From the NCBI RefSeq assembly GCF_001194135.2, contig NC_068982.1, positions 108,370,255-108,413,308 of the forward strand: 43,054 bases of DNA. The letters are read 5' to 3'. Origin of the DNA: Octopus bimaculoides. Its lineage: Eukaryota. Shown here piece after piece: positions 32,959 through 43,054 of this stretch (position 1 is the first letter of the stretch; each line of letters starts with the position of its first letter). Made by a program: the position numbers and the translations under genes. Below the pieces are notes generated by a model, which saw nothing but the letters and a program-made list of their open reading frames with translations, was not told the origin of the DNA and did not search any database.

Positions 32959-35574
32959 TATATATATATATATAACAATGTTTAGTCTTCTGTTACAATA
33001 TTACACCCACTGTTTCTTCTCCAACAGTATTTCGTTGGTAACAAGTATGCTCGAACTGATGCGGAAACCTCCATACGGTTACATTTTTTTACTGCTAAAC
33101 CGCCAACACTGCTACTAAATCAACTCTGCCTTCCAATTGTGACCATCTGCTCTTTTTAAGAATATCTTGGACTAAATTCTCTTAATGTGTCTTTTTCTTA
33201 TCAAATGTGGCAGGTTATGTGTTGAGCGAGATTTGGGTGCTATTTTTAACAGATTGAGTACCCACAGTGAGTACCCATCGTGAAAAAAGGGAGTAGATCG
33301 TGTAGTGCCAGATTGCACTATGCCTAGAAGAAAAATGTTTTTAAGAAACGGGGATAGTTGCGGTTGCGCTGGAGCTAAACAATAAATACACACTTTAGCA
33401 GACGAAAATTGCTGACACAATCTTATACATTTTCTTTTAAAAATATATATATATAATTTTATCCTTTCTAGATGTTTCATAGTTTTCTGAACTAACGAAT
33501 AATTTGTAGGGATTTATCTATTTAATTTCCGCAGTTGCACTTATTTACAATTATATTTTTTTCTTTTCGTTTTCTATATAGTATATAATCATGCTGAAGA
33601 CTTCATGATTGTCTTCAAGGAATTTGTGTAAAGTTTTACTTTGCCGAAAATACATCTACATTTTCGAAATGGCTTTTTACTTGAAATATTTCAAGTGTGT
33701 GTGTGTGTGTGTCTGTATGCGCGCACGCTATTATTCATTTCTAAGTAGCACTATTTTTGTAAGAGAGAAATGTTCGTGAATAATTTTTCTAGTTAATTTA
33801 GAATTGAGATTTTTGTCTGTGATCTGGTCACATACGAAAGTTCTAAAAAAAATATATAGCGGGAGATAACTCTGCTAAAACTTCAAATTTAAAAGAAATT
33901 TCGTAATATTTCCGATTTCATCAAGTTTTATCGATGTTTAATAGAGATATTTCTTCATAAGAACCTGTCTGTAGGAGTACTTTTTTTTAAATTTTGTCTG
34001 TGGAATGATCTCAGATATGCACTAACGAAACGTTCGACTGTTGCCCACCTTCACTATTGCAATGGCCGTACCTTTTAATGTAACTACCACGCTTACACTC
34101 ATGCAGAGATACGAACCCTCGACTTTTGAGTGTGTCAAGTGACACCTTAAAAAAATGAAAGCATTATTAGTCGCTACTCTCAACACCAGGGCTACAAATT
34201 AATGTACATTGTACCAAATATAGGTTCCTATTCGAGAGCAAAATGATCAATTTCCCCACCCTTCATTCCGGTGGAGTTATAAAGTTTAGAATGAATTTAA
34301 ATGTGTCCTGCCCTCTTCAAAAACTCGCTTTCGTCTCAGATGAAATCCTCTTCTGATTATCAGCAGAGCTCTCGCTGGTTAAGTAAACCGTGTGCTGCTG
34401 AATTGACTGAAGAAGTCATTTATTTTTTATTTTATTATTATTTTTTTAATGTTATCGATGTTGTGCTACACACAAGTAATCTCTAATTATAGCTAAATCC
34501 ATTTTGGGTCGACAGAAATTTAAGAAGTTATCTTACCTATTTCTTTTGAGAAAAAAAAAAAAAATTCTTTTTCTTTTTTTTTTTTTTATTTTGCATTACA
34601 AAAATATCTCATTATAATTCCAGTAACGAAAATTATTTCCAGCTTATGCCTCAAGTATAGTAGCAGGCATTTAACTTTATATTCTTCATACAGAAGCCAC
34701 ATTTGGGAAATTTTCCAATGTCATTATTTAAATCTATCCAATCAGTAAACATTTTTCACGCACAAACTTCTCTATGTCTCACTCTGAAATCTTGGTAGTC
34801 ATTAGAGGACCTTTTTTTAGAGTGGGTCCACCAAGAACAAAACATGTCCTGAATCGTTACCATGACTAGTAAGGATCAGACCCACTCCTGTCCTCTGCCT
34901 ATCTCCTTCAAAATTGATTTTTTTTTTTCTTTTTTTACTGAAATTTCAGGAGTACTCTCCCTTCCTCCTTGGGAGAACCAATTTTCATTAATACTGACCT
35001 TTTGTGACAGGACTGTAACTTACAATCAGCTTCTGCTCACCACACAAAGTACGGTGGCCTGTACTTAGTCAGATAAACTTTGTCAACTCTCACTGATGCA
35101 AGTAATTTAGCAATCTAGCTATCATATGTAATTGGTATTCACAAATGTAAGCTAAACCAATCCCATCATATTTTAAAGTTGTTATGCATGCACCTTACTT
35201 GCTACAAAAAAACAATCACATTTCCTACATTGTAGCACTCGTATTTATGTAATGATAACCTGATTATTTTAATGATGAAGTCTCTAACAAGGTATGGTAG
35301 CTGGGAAGTTAAGATGTTGAACTACTAAGCCCATGGACAGAAGTTTAAATTTGAAGACTGCAGCTATTTTGTTCTAACCCTGAGCATGACATAACCAGGT
35401 TTTGTCTAACAGTGACTCCAACATTTAGTATAACTCTTGAAAAGACCATCAAGCTACTAATATCATCACGCCCTTTAAAAAAAGAAAGCTATCCCAATCT
35501 TGCTATCATGGAAAATATGGTAGACCTTAGTCTTTAGCTAATTCAAAACTCTTTTTGACTTCTTGTTATACTGT

Positions 35575-35693
35575 ATATTGTAAGAGGCAACTATTAGTAA
35601 TGCTGCATGTTGTAAGAGGCAACTACTAATAATACTGCATGTTGTAAGAGGCAACTACTAATAATACTGCATGTTGTAAGAGGCAACTATTAG
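35575..35693. repeat. 32-bp minisatellite, about 3.7 copies
   Basis: The unit ATGTTGTAAGAGGCAACTACTAATAATACTGC starts at 35575, 35607, 35639 and 35671. Confidence 0.9.
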
Positions 35694-35739
35694 GTTTGAC
35701 ATCTGCTCATAAAACACTACCTCAAAATATCCTGTTTAA

Positions 35740-35940
35740 CACTTTAACATTTAAACTGGTCATATCTAGCCAAAATATTCTACCTAAACTGGCCAGACAT
35801 GGCCTCTCACACCAACCCTATAATATCATTCTAAAGTTAACTCATCAAAATCTCAAAGCTACAAAATAATGCATGATTAATTCAAAACAATGTGAATAAG
35901 TAACCATTGCGCTTGACAGAATAATGTGACTGCTAAAGGG
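35740..35940. mobile_element. piggyBac-like MITE (TTAA-type flanks)
   Basis: TTAA|CACTTTAACATT ... TGCTAAAGGG|TCAA. An inverted homolog lies at 37253-37471. Confidence 0.55.
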
Positions 35941-36105
35941 TCAACCCATGCCAGCATGAATGTAAAATGATGATAGTGATAATGATGGTGGTGATGATGA
36001 TGACAATGATGATATGTCAGTCTGAAGGAAAGCAAACTCCATAGTTTTTTTAGGCCCTACCGAGGAAATTAGATATGTAATTTTTGAATTGTTGCTGTTT
36101 AGTAG

Positions 36106-36502
36106 TTGGATGGCTGGGTGGTTAAGAAGTGTGCCTCCTAACCACATGGTTTGGAGTTCAGTCCAACTGCATGGCATCTTGGGCAGGTGTCTTCTATTAT
36201 AGTCCTGTGCCAACTAAAGCCTTGTGAGTGGATTTGGTAGACGGAAACTGAAAGAAGCCCATCATATGCATATGTGTGTGAGTATATGTATGTTTGCATC
36301 ACCTTGTCTTGTTGTAAATGAATTTCATTCAGTTCCAATATTCTGCAAAAACATGTCTGGTCATGGAGAAATATGGCCAGGCATGTTTTGCAAATGGTAA
36401 TGGTTGGCAATAGAAATGACATCTGGCCATAGATCTTCCTCACTAAAACTTCATTCGACTCATGCAAACATGGAGAAGTGGCCATTAAAATAATGATGAT
36501 GA
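36106..36502 (+). mobile_element. tRNA-head SINE family A with RTE-type (GAT)n tail
   Basis: The head matches 39283. The 3' end CATGCAAACATGGAGAAGTGGCCATTAAAATAATGATGATG resembles the RTE terminus. Confidence 0.7.
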
Positions 36503-36739
36503 AAGAAATCTCATGCAAGATGAATGAATTTCTCAGGAGGACAGTTTCAGAAAAAAGTATTTGATAAAGAAAAGCAAGAAAGAGGAAACTTTAAAAGTAA
36601 CAAAAAACAAATACATTGAGTATGTCTAAGTAGTGAGGAAGTCATAAAGCAAGCAAATGAAGAGAAGAGAAGACCACTGTATGCAATAAAACAAGAATGG
36701 AAAGAAAGGAAATACATAATTGATGTATTAATATTAATG

Positions 36740-36945
36740 TGGCAAGCTGGCAGAATCATTAGCACCCCAAACAAAATGCATTTTAGCAGCATTTTATCAT
36801 CTTTACAAATTCTGCCAAGGTCGACTTTGCCTTTTATCTTTTCAGGGTCAATAATATAAATACCAAATTGATCACTGGTGTCAATGTGATAAACTTACCC
36901 CATGCCCTGAACTTGCTGGCCTTGTACCAAAATTTGAAACCAATA
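36740..36945 (+). mobile_element. SINE family B, degenerate
   Basis: GCAAGCTGGCAGAATCATTAGCAC...AGGTCGACTTTGCC...GGCCTTGTACCAAAATTTGAAAC. Confidence 0.75.
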
Positions 36946-37252
36946 TGAATGTAACAGTTGTCGGTGTGTGCTTATGAATGTTTTCCCGACTTACTTGATC
37001 AAACACATAAATCTATAAAGAATGAGATTCAAGATCAGTCACTCCACTGAACACAAGAAGATTTAAACTATACTAATTAGTTATTTGGTTTACTTTAACA
37101 AAGGCCATACTAGAGCACACTAGAGTTATACCTTAAACATTTAACTTCAAGGTAGTACTAACAAATGTTACCATCATCATTGTTTTAAGTCTGCTTCCCT
37201 TGCTGCAATGGGTCATGCATTTAATTTATTCTCTTCAGTTTAACTACCTAAA

Positions 37253-37471
37253 CCCTTTAGCATTCAAATTACTGTCAAATGTAATGCTTATTTATTCACA
37301 TTGTTTTGAATTAATCATGCATTATCTCTTGGTTTCAAAATGTCAATGATGTAATTGTTTATTTTGAGAATGAAACTGTAGGGTAAATGTGAAAGGCCAG
37401 ATCTGACCTGTTTTAAACATAAAACAGGTAGAATATTTGGGTCTGATATGGCAGGTTTAAATGCTAAAGGG
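37253..37471. mobile_element. piggyBac-like MITE
   Basis: TIR CCCTTTAGCATT / AATGCTAAAGGG. Homologous to 35740-35940. Confidence 0.6.
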
Positions 37472-37997
37472 CTAAAGGATACATTGATACCAAGGCCAAC
37501 ATTTAACTGTCTTTCAGTGAGTTGTATTATCTACAGTCACCATATAGCTATGTACTAGTTACCAAATAACAAATAATGCCTGCATCATAACATTCATATA
37601 TTTCTTTAATAACATCTTAGTCTTTCCAATGAAGAAATGCTTATTAATAACAGTAAGATCTATTATCTTACTATTAATGAGTTTCTCAATCCATGCTCTA
37701 TAATGACTCAGCATATCCCAACAGTTTCAGTAATATTTTCATATTCAGTTGTAAACCATTTCCCCCTTATTTTTAAAAAATCACCATTAAAAAAAGACAA
37801 AAATAAACAAATTAATTAAAATAAATCTTTAATCTTCTTTTTTGTTTTTGTTTTAAATTATGACAGTATGAAAGAGATAAAATGTTACAAAAAGAAAAAA
37901 AAATGTATCTTAGGAAGAAAAAGGATATGTAAAGTAATAGATTTTAATCCTGAGAAAACTTTCAGTAAAATGTCTGCATTATATGTAACAGGGATCT

Positions 37998-38029
37998 TCA
38001 GAAAATCAAACGTTTCGCAAGAGAACTAC
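37998..38029 (-). CDS. CDK7: Cyclin-dependent kinase 7, terminal coding exon ((G)SSLAKRLIF*)
   Basis: Acceptor ttttatttacAG. Phase 1 matches the previous exon. The C-terminus resembles vertebrate CDK7 ...PKKLIF*. Confidence 0.85.
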
Positions 38030-38634
38030 CTGTAAATAAAACAACAATTTCTCACATGTATGATAATGATGATGATGATTATAGATTGTTGATATGCATA
38101 AAACAAAAACAACACTCTCCCTTACACTAATGAAATTTAAAGTTATATTTGAATTATTTAAATTCTCGAAAGTATTGAACCTGGTTCTGTGTCACCTAAT
38201 CCCCAACAAGCAGAAGTGTTTTGATGCTGACGTCTTTTCTAACGAAACATGTGATGTGATTTTATTCCATTAAAATTTTTTTATAATTATCTTTCAGAAC
38301 TAAATCTGCTTGTGAGTTCTGTTTGTTAAATTTGTGATCACTTCTATATTAGTATCCATTTATTGTCTATAAACTTTTAGTTTGATCATTCATCTCTTGC
38401 TCTCTTTGATATGTTTGCCAAATGAGATTTAATAGAAAGCCTGTTACCTACCTTAGCACAATCCCCAATATCTCAGTGCTTCTAGTGAAATTTACTTTTG
38501 CAAGCACTCTGATTAGATATTTGGCTTGAGGTTAACAAAGGCATATTGTATTGATGTGTGTCTTCTCTTAGAAATATTTTTAATTGACAGGGAACTGATG
38601 AAATTTCTAAGTGGAGGCCTACTACCAACTTGTT

Positions 38635-38734
38635 GTTGGCACCCTGTCGCTTACGACGACGAGGGTTCTAGTTGATCCGATTAACGGAACAGCCTGCTCG
38701 TGAAATTAAAATGCAAGTGACTGAGCACTCCACA
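38635..38734 (+). mobile_element. SINE-like internal fragment in a CDK7 intron
   Basis: GC/CpG-richer island (GTTGATCCGATTAACGGAACAGCCTGCTCGTGAAATT...) that I recall as a common octopus interspersed repeat. Only one copy in the window. Confidence 0.4.
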
Positions 38735-38827
38735 GTTTCTTTACCTTTCAATTAAATAAATCATGCTCTCACCTACACATGAGAAACAGAATCAATTTGT
38801 GATATATTGAAATATATAGGAACTGAC

Positions 38828-38963
38828 CAGAATTTTCAATTATTTTTCTTTTCATTGACTTCCTTGGATCTTGATCATCTTTATTTGATTTCTGTCTAGG
38901 TTGAGGCAAATCAGTACCAAGACTAGGTGCTGGCTGGTTGCTGAAGTATGGCATTTGCAAAGC
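38828..38963 (-). CDS. CDK7: CDK7 penultimate coding exon (ALQMPYFSNQPAPSLGTDLPQP...KRKIIENS-G), 136 nt
   Basis: Bounded by AG/GT (tttgtcAG...TCTG|gtcagt). Resembles human ALKMKYFSNRPGPT...LPRP...KRKR. Confidence 0.9.
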
Positions 38964-39282
38964 CTGACAAATTAAATAATAGAAATTAAAACTCTAAACA
39001 GAAAAGAATGATTGAACAACTGATTCAAATTTAATTATATATTTCCATATTTTTAATCATCTTCAAAGGTCATATATATCCATTTCCTTTACAGTAAAAA
39101 TATTAACAGAATCATAAAATTCAATGAATCAAAGCCAGTAAGTCATTAGGGTTTTGAACCTAATATCTAAAGCATTACCTGCTTGTATCTTTCCACTAGT
39201 ATGTGCATTGAATCCCTAGCAAACTTACTTAATTCTCGATCACCCATTACACCAAGCAGTAAATACACTCACACACACACAC

Positions 39283-39450
39283 AGGTGCAGGTGTGGCTCT
39301 GTGGTAAGAAGCTTGCTTCCCAACCACAAGGTTCTGGGTTCAGTCCCACTGCGTGGCACCTTGAGCAAGTGTCTTCTGCTATAGCCTTGAGCCAACCAAA
39401 GCCTTCTGAGTTGATTTGGTAAATGGAAACTGAAAAAAACTCGTTATATA
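39283..39450 (+). mobile_element. tRNA-head SINE family A (best-preserved head)
   Basis: GTGGCTCTGTGGTAAGAAGCTTGC (A-box-like) ... GGGTTCAGTCCC (B-box-like) ...GGAAACTGAAA. Confidence 0.85.
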
Positions 39451-39827
39451 AAAGTGTCGTAAGTCTACAATATTGCTTTTTCATAAAACAAAAAAAAAAA
39501 TAGTTTCAACATTCCATTTCTTTTTAGATTAGCAACAGCTTAACAATACTTTGTTGGGTGCATGCAATCATAACTCCATGCAAGTATGATATTTTCATCA
39601 GAAATATTTTTACAAAACTGTTGTAAGTGGAACTTAAAACATTTTGAAAAATGTTAAACTGATGTACTCCACTTTTACAATTTTCAGATCTTGGCATCTG
39701 AAGCAGCTGGAGATACGGTAGTTTGACAAAAACAACTGGCTATTGCAAGTAAAATTAAATATTCAAAAACACACATTTGGCCAAATCTGGACACACGACA
39801 GTTTAACACAATAGCAACAATATGTTA

Positions 39828-40245
39828 TCATCATCATCATTATCATTTAACGTCCGTTTTCCGTTGGATGGTTTGACTGAGGTTTGGAGAGCCAGCGGCT
39901 GTACCAGGCTCCAGTCCGATCTGGCAATGTTTCTACAATTGGATGCTCTTCCTAACGCCAACCATTCCTAGAGTTTAGTGGGTGCTTTTTACGTGCCACC
40001 GGCACAGGATCCAGTCAGCTGCGACTGGCAACGAATATAGAGAAGAATTCCAAGTAGAAGTACAGGTTCACCAAGGATCAGTCCTCAGCCCCCTCTTATT
40101 CATCATAGTTCTCCNNNNNNNNNNNNNNNNNNNNNNNNNNNNNNNNNNNNNNNNNNNNNNNNNNNNNNNNNNNNNNNNNNNNNNNNNNNNNNNNNNNNNN
40201 NNNNNNNNNNNNNNCGGACGTTAAACGATGATGATGATGATGATG
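39828..40245. mobile_element. Back-to-back RTE pieces: 3' UTR (minus, 39828-40032) and RT fragment plus tail (plus, 40033-40245; gap N 40115-40214)
   Basis: The left part matches 28584-28800. The right part reads EEFQVEVQVHQGSVLSPLLFIIVL and, after the gap, CGGACGTTAAACGATGATG. Confidence 0.8.
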
Positions 40246-40788
40246 ATATATATATATATATTGTGTGTATATATATATATATGTGTGTTTATAAACATAT
40301 GTATGCATATGTATATATGTGTGTGTGTGTATATATGTATGTATATATATAATGGCATATTCATCAACTTAATTGAAGGATCAGAGTTCTCTTTCAAACA
40401 AGGTCAATGTTTCACAATGAAAAGCAACTTCACACGTGCTTCAGAGAACCTGATATGTGTTAACCTGCTCTGGGTGCAATACATAGACCAAACCAAAAAC
40501 AGTCTACATCAAAGGATGGCTCAGCACAGATTATAGATAAAAATTCTGAAAAACAGAAAAATAGCATTCAGCGAACACATCAACATTTGCACCAATAACA
40601 AAGTAGCCAGCTTCAGAATTTTCCCCTTCTATCAATTCAGGGACAATGCAATCTGTAGTATATATTTATGTATGTACGATATATTGCATATACAATCTAG
40701 TATTTCATGAATGTTTTACTAATAAAGTTTACCCAATCAGCAGTACTGAAAAACTGTACATTTATCTATTTTTACACTTTTCAATCAT

Positions 40789-41181
40789 AAGCTTGCTTTC
40801 CAACTACCTGGTTTTGGCTTCAGTCCCACAGCACTGCACCTTGGGCATCTTTAATAGTTCTGGCTGACCAAAGCCTTGTTGGTAGATAGAAACTGAAAGA
40901 ATCATATTGTGTGTGTGTGTGTGTGTGTGTGTGCATGTGTTGGTCTCCTTGTCTTGATATCAGGATTGTTATAAATGTATGTCACCATCATGAGCACTGT
41001 CCCTTGTCACCAAATTTCTGTGAAGACAGATCCAGCCAAGGGGAAAAAAATCTTGCTTGGAAACATGCAGTCGTTGATAAAGGGGAGGCATCCAGCCATA
41101 GAAAATCTGCCTCAACAAATTCTGTTTGGTCTATGCAAGCATAGAAAAGTGGTCACTGTGATGATGATGATGATAATGATG
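40789..41181 (+). mobile_element. SINE family A with RTE-type tail, interrupted by (GT)n
   Basis: The head matches 39283. The end is GGCATCCAGCCATAGAAA...ATGCAAGCATAGAAAAGTGG...(GAT)n. Confidence 0.7.
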
Positions 41182-41243
41182 TGAGACATTGTACTTTCAG
41201 TTAAGCAGAATCAGTGAACTTGTGTTTTGTTTTAACACTATCC

Positions 41244-41281
<38 letters not shown>

Positions 41282-41376
41282 CCATGCAGGTACATTCATA
41301 AGATACATATTTGTACACACACAACCGTATACTATAAATTTCAGAAATATTTTAGATACACAAGTGAAAACTGTAC

Positions 41377-41526
41377 CTTTTCAGTTGTTGCTCTTTTCAA
41401 TGGATCCATCTTTAGTAATTCAGCCATCAAGTCCAGTAAATCATCTGATGCTGCTGTAAATATAGAACTTAAGGGATTCGGTGGAAATTCCTTGAACTGG
41501 ATGTAATCAGGAAGCTCTTTCATGGC
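41377..41526 (-). CDS. CDK7: CDK7 coding exon (AMKELPDYIQFKEFPPNPLSSIFTAASDDLLDLMAELLKMDPLKRATTEK), 150 nt
   Basis: tattttcAG acceptor, GTacag donor, phase 0/0. Matches human [33 protein letters not shown]...NPCARITATQ. Confidence 0.93.
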
Positions 41527-41689
41527 CTGAAAATACAGTTAAAAATTACTATAGTCTTGTTAATGACATCAGCATTAAAAAATAGCCGTACAAAAGTTTT
41601 GGAGATAATGTCATATACACTTGGGAGCTACACTGAAAAGACTAAAATTTCATGACAATTTTATATGCCTTGTTACACAGTAAGTATAA

Positions 41690-41820
41690 TTCTGGTTGCG
41701 TGGATGAGAAGTTTGTTTTTTAAGTATATGATTTCAGGTTTGATCTTGCTGCAAGGCACCTTGGACAAATGTCTTCTTCCACAGACTCAAGTCAACTAAA
41801 GTTTTATGAGTGAAAATTGG
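41690..41820 (+). mobile_element. Very degenerate SINE family A head
   Basis: GGCACCTTGGACAAATGTCTTCT...AACTAAAG..TT.TGAGTG resembles 39350-39415. Confidence 0.5.
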
Positions 41821-42265
41821 ATCAGTGCTTGCCTCCAGTTTTCTTTGCATTAAACAGATGAGGAAAGATAACTGGTCTCTATTGCAAACAGTTTTTCCTA
41901 CCAGAGAAACTGAACTTAGCATGGTGAGTCAACAAAATACTTTCCATTTAAGTGCTGCTGCAACTTTCAGCCAGGGAACTTACATAGCTAAATAGTCTGT
42001 ACCTTTAAAAGACTAATGTCAGCCTCAAAGACAAAGCAGTTGTGATAGGATTATTCAGTACCTTATTCACTCAGCACTCTCCATAAATATCAATGATGAG
42101 GAAAAGAGAAACCCATTAAAATAAAATCTTTAACTGAAATTCTATTCTAAAAATGATTTCATATAAATTCAAAGGAGTAACTTATGCTTGTTTTTGTTTC
42201 CTCTTATTCTATAATTTCAGTTGGATCCAAAGCTGCTGCTTCCATCATCAAACACCAAAACTTAC

Positions 42266-42352
42266 CGGCCAAGTGGTTTCAGTTGGTGTACCCATAGCTT
42301 GAAAGATTCGTGTCAATTGGTCTAGATCAGTTTCTCCTGGCAAAAAAGGAAC
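42266..42352 (-). CDS. CDK7: CDK7 coding exon ([29 protein letters not shown]), 87 nt
   Basis: ttttgttttAG acceptor, GTAAGT donor. Matches human [29 protein letters not shown] (kinase subdomain X). Confidence 0.95.
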
Positions 42353-42452
42353 CTAAAACAAAACAAATAAATAAATAATTAAAACATAATAAAGCAATAT
42401 ATAATAATAGGCCTATCTGTATCATACTTAGTGTATGCACATTGTGTATCTA

Positions 42453-43054
42453 TCTATACTATATATAAAACAGAGATGTGTGTGTAATCGCTTATCATGT
42501 GAAAACGGCTTCAACATTTACTTCCATACTTATGATGCATGAATAATTTGACCTCGGATAAATCTTAGGCTCTTCATTTGATTTTTTTTTATTAAGATAA
42601 ATAATATTGCTTTATATTTAAGAGTCACTTCTTTAAAAAGGTTCCTCAATGTCAACTTCCGGTAGCCATAGTTTTCTCTTCATTTTAACTTCAATCGTTA
42701 CTGTTCGCACTAAAAGTTTAATCACATTTACTGATGTAAGTAATTTCATCATTTACTAACAGAAGTACGATATTCTGTTTCCCTGTTGCTGAGGGTTTTT
42801 TTTTCTCGTACCTTCGATACTGGCTGTTTGGTTCACTGAGTGACAAATTTCGATTCAACATCACTTTAACTTCAATCGTTACTGTTCTCAATAAAAGTTT
42901 ACGTTTTCAATCGCTAACAAGTTCACATTTACTGATGTAAGTAATTTCATCATTTACTAACAGAAGTACGATATTCTGTTTCCCTGTTGCTGAGGGTTTT
43001 TTTTTCTCGTACCTTCGATACTGGCTGTTTGGTTCACTGAGTGACAAATTTCGA
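42453..43054 (+). mobile_element. Possible non-autonomous Helitron 5' part with an internal tandem duplication; runs off the window
   Basis: A|TCTATACTATATATAAAA resembles a Helitron 5' end. The 132-bp segment 42722-42853 is repeated at 42923-43054. Confidence 0.4.

Noticed and set aside
35575-35693. CRISPR-like 32-bp repeats
   Set aside because: The repeats are contiguous with no unique spacers, there are no cas genes, and the context is eukaryotic.
38769-38827. Extension of ORF 38769-38960 past the splice donor as an alternative CDK7 C-terminus
   Set aside because: A good donor at 38827 and an in-phase terminal exon giving the conserved KRLIF end explain the gene; read-through is unsupported.
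39283-39360. tRNA gene
   Set aside because: A/B-box-like head only, continuing into a SINE body with several degenerate copies; no complete cloverleaf.
39688-39717. 30-nt plus-strand micro-exon candidate antisense to CDK7 (ttttcAG ATCTTGG...GATACG gtagtt)
   Set aside because: Weak donor, no supporting neighbouring exons and no recognisable peptide.
38030-42265. Intronic snoRNAs in CDK7 introns
   Set aside because: TGATGA hits fall in (GAT)n retroelement tails; I saw no C/D box pair with a terminal stem or H/ACA fold.

Overview
Eukaryotic (animal), AT-rich, microsatellite- and transposon-dense draft-assembly DNA with seven N-gaps. The SINE, RTE and MITE families resemble those I recall from Octopus (coleoid cephalopod); this taxon call is inference. 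The only host gene I can support is CDK7: its last four coding exons lie on the minus strand (42352-42266, 41526-41377, 38963-38828, 38029-37998, ending ...LAKRLIF*), and the earlier exons lie beyond the window end. Positions 1-37000 are a transposon graveyard: a Gypsy pol fragment, Tx1/L1-like ORF2 and ORF1 pieces, two R4/Dong-type fragments, Penelope-like remnants, a near-full-length decayed RTE LINE, a CR1-type LINE, three mariner relics, hAT, piggyBac-like and GG-terminal 8-bp-TSD MITEs, and many SINEs. I found no prokaryotic-type system and no CRISPR array. The most interesting signals are: (1) several hammerhead-ribozyme-like motifs in Penelope-type palindromic termini, with different bases at the core 3-8 pair (C-G, U-A, G-U); (2) a SINE bounded by a 17-bp TSD that encloses the 5' end of a LINE-like ORF1; (3) an apparently ORF1-only (HAL1-like) element; (4) a mariner built from two left ends; (5) a MITE with a head-to-head telomeric-repeat palindrome at its centre. 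All structure and family calls were made by eye and need computational confirmation.
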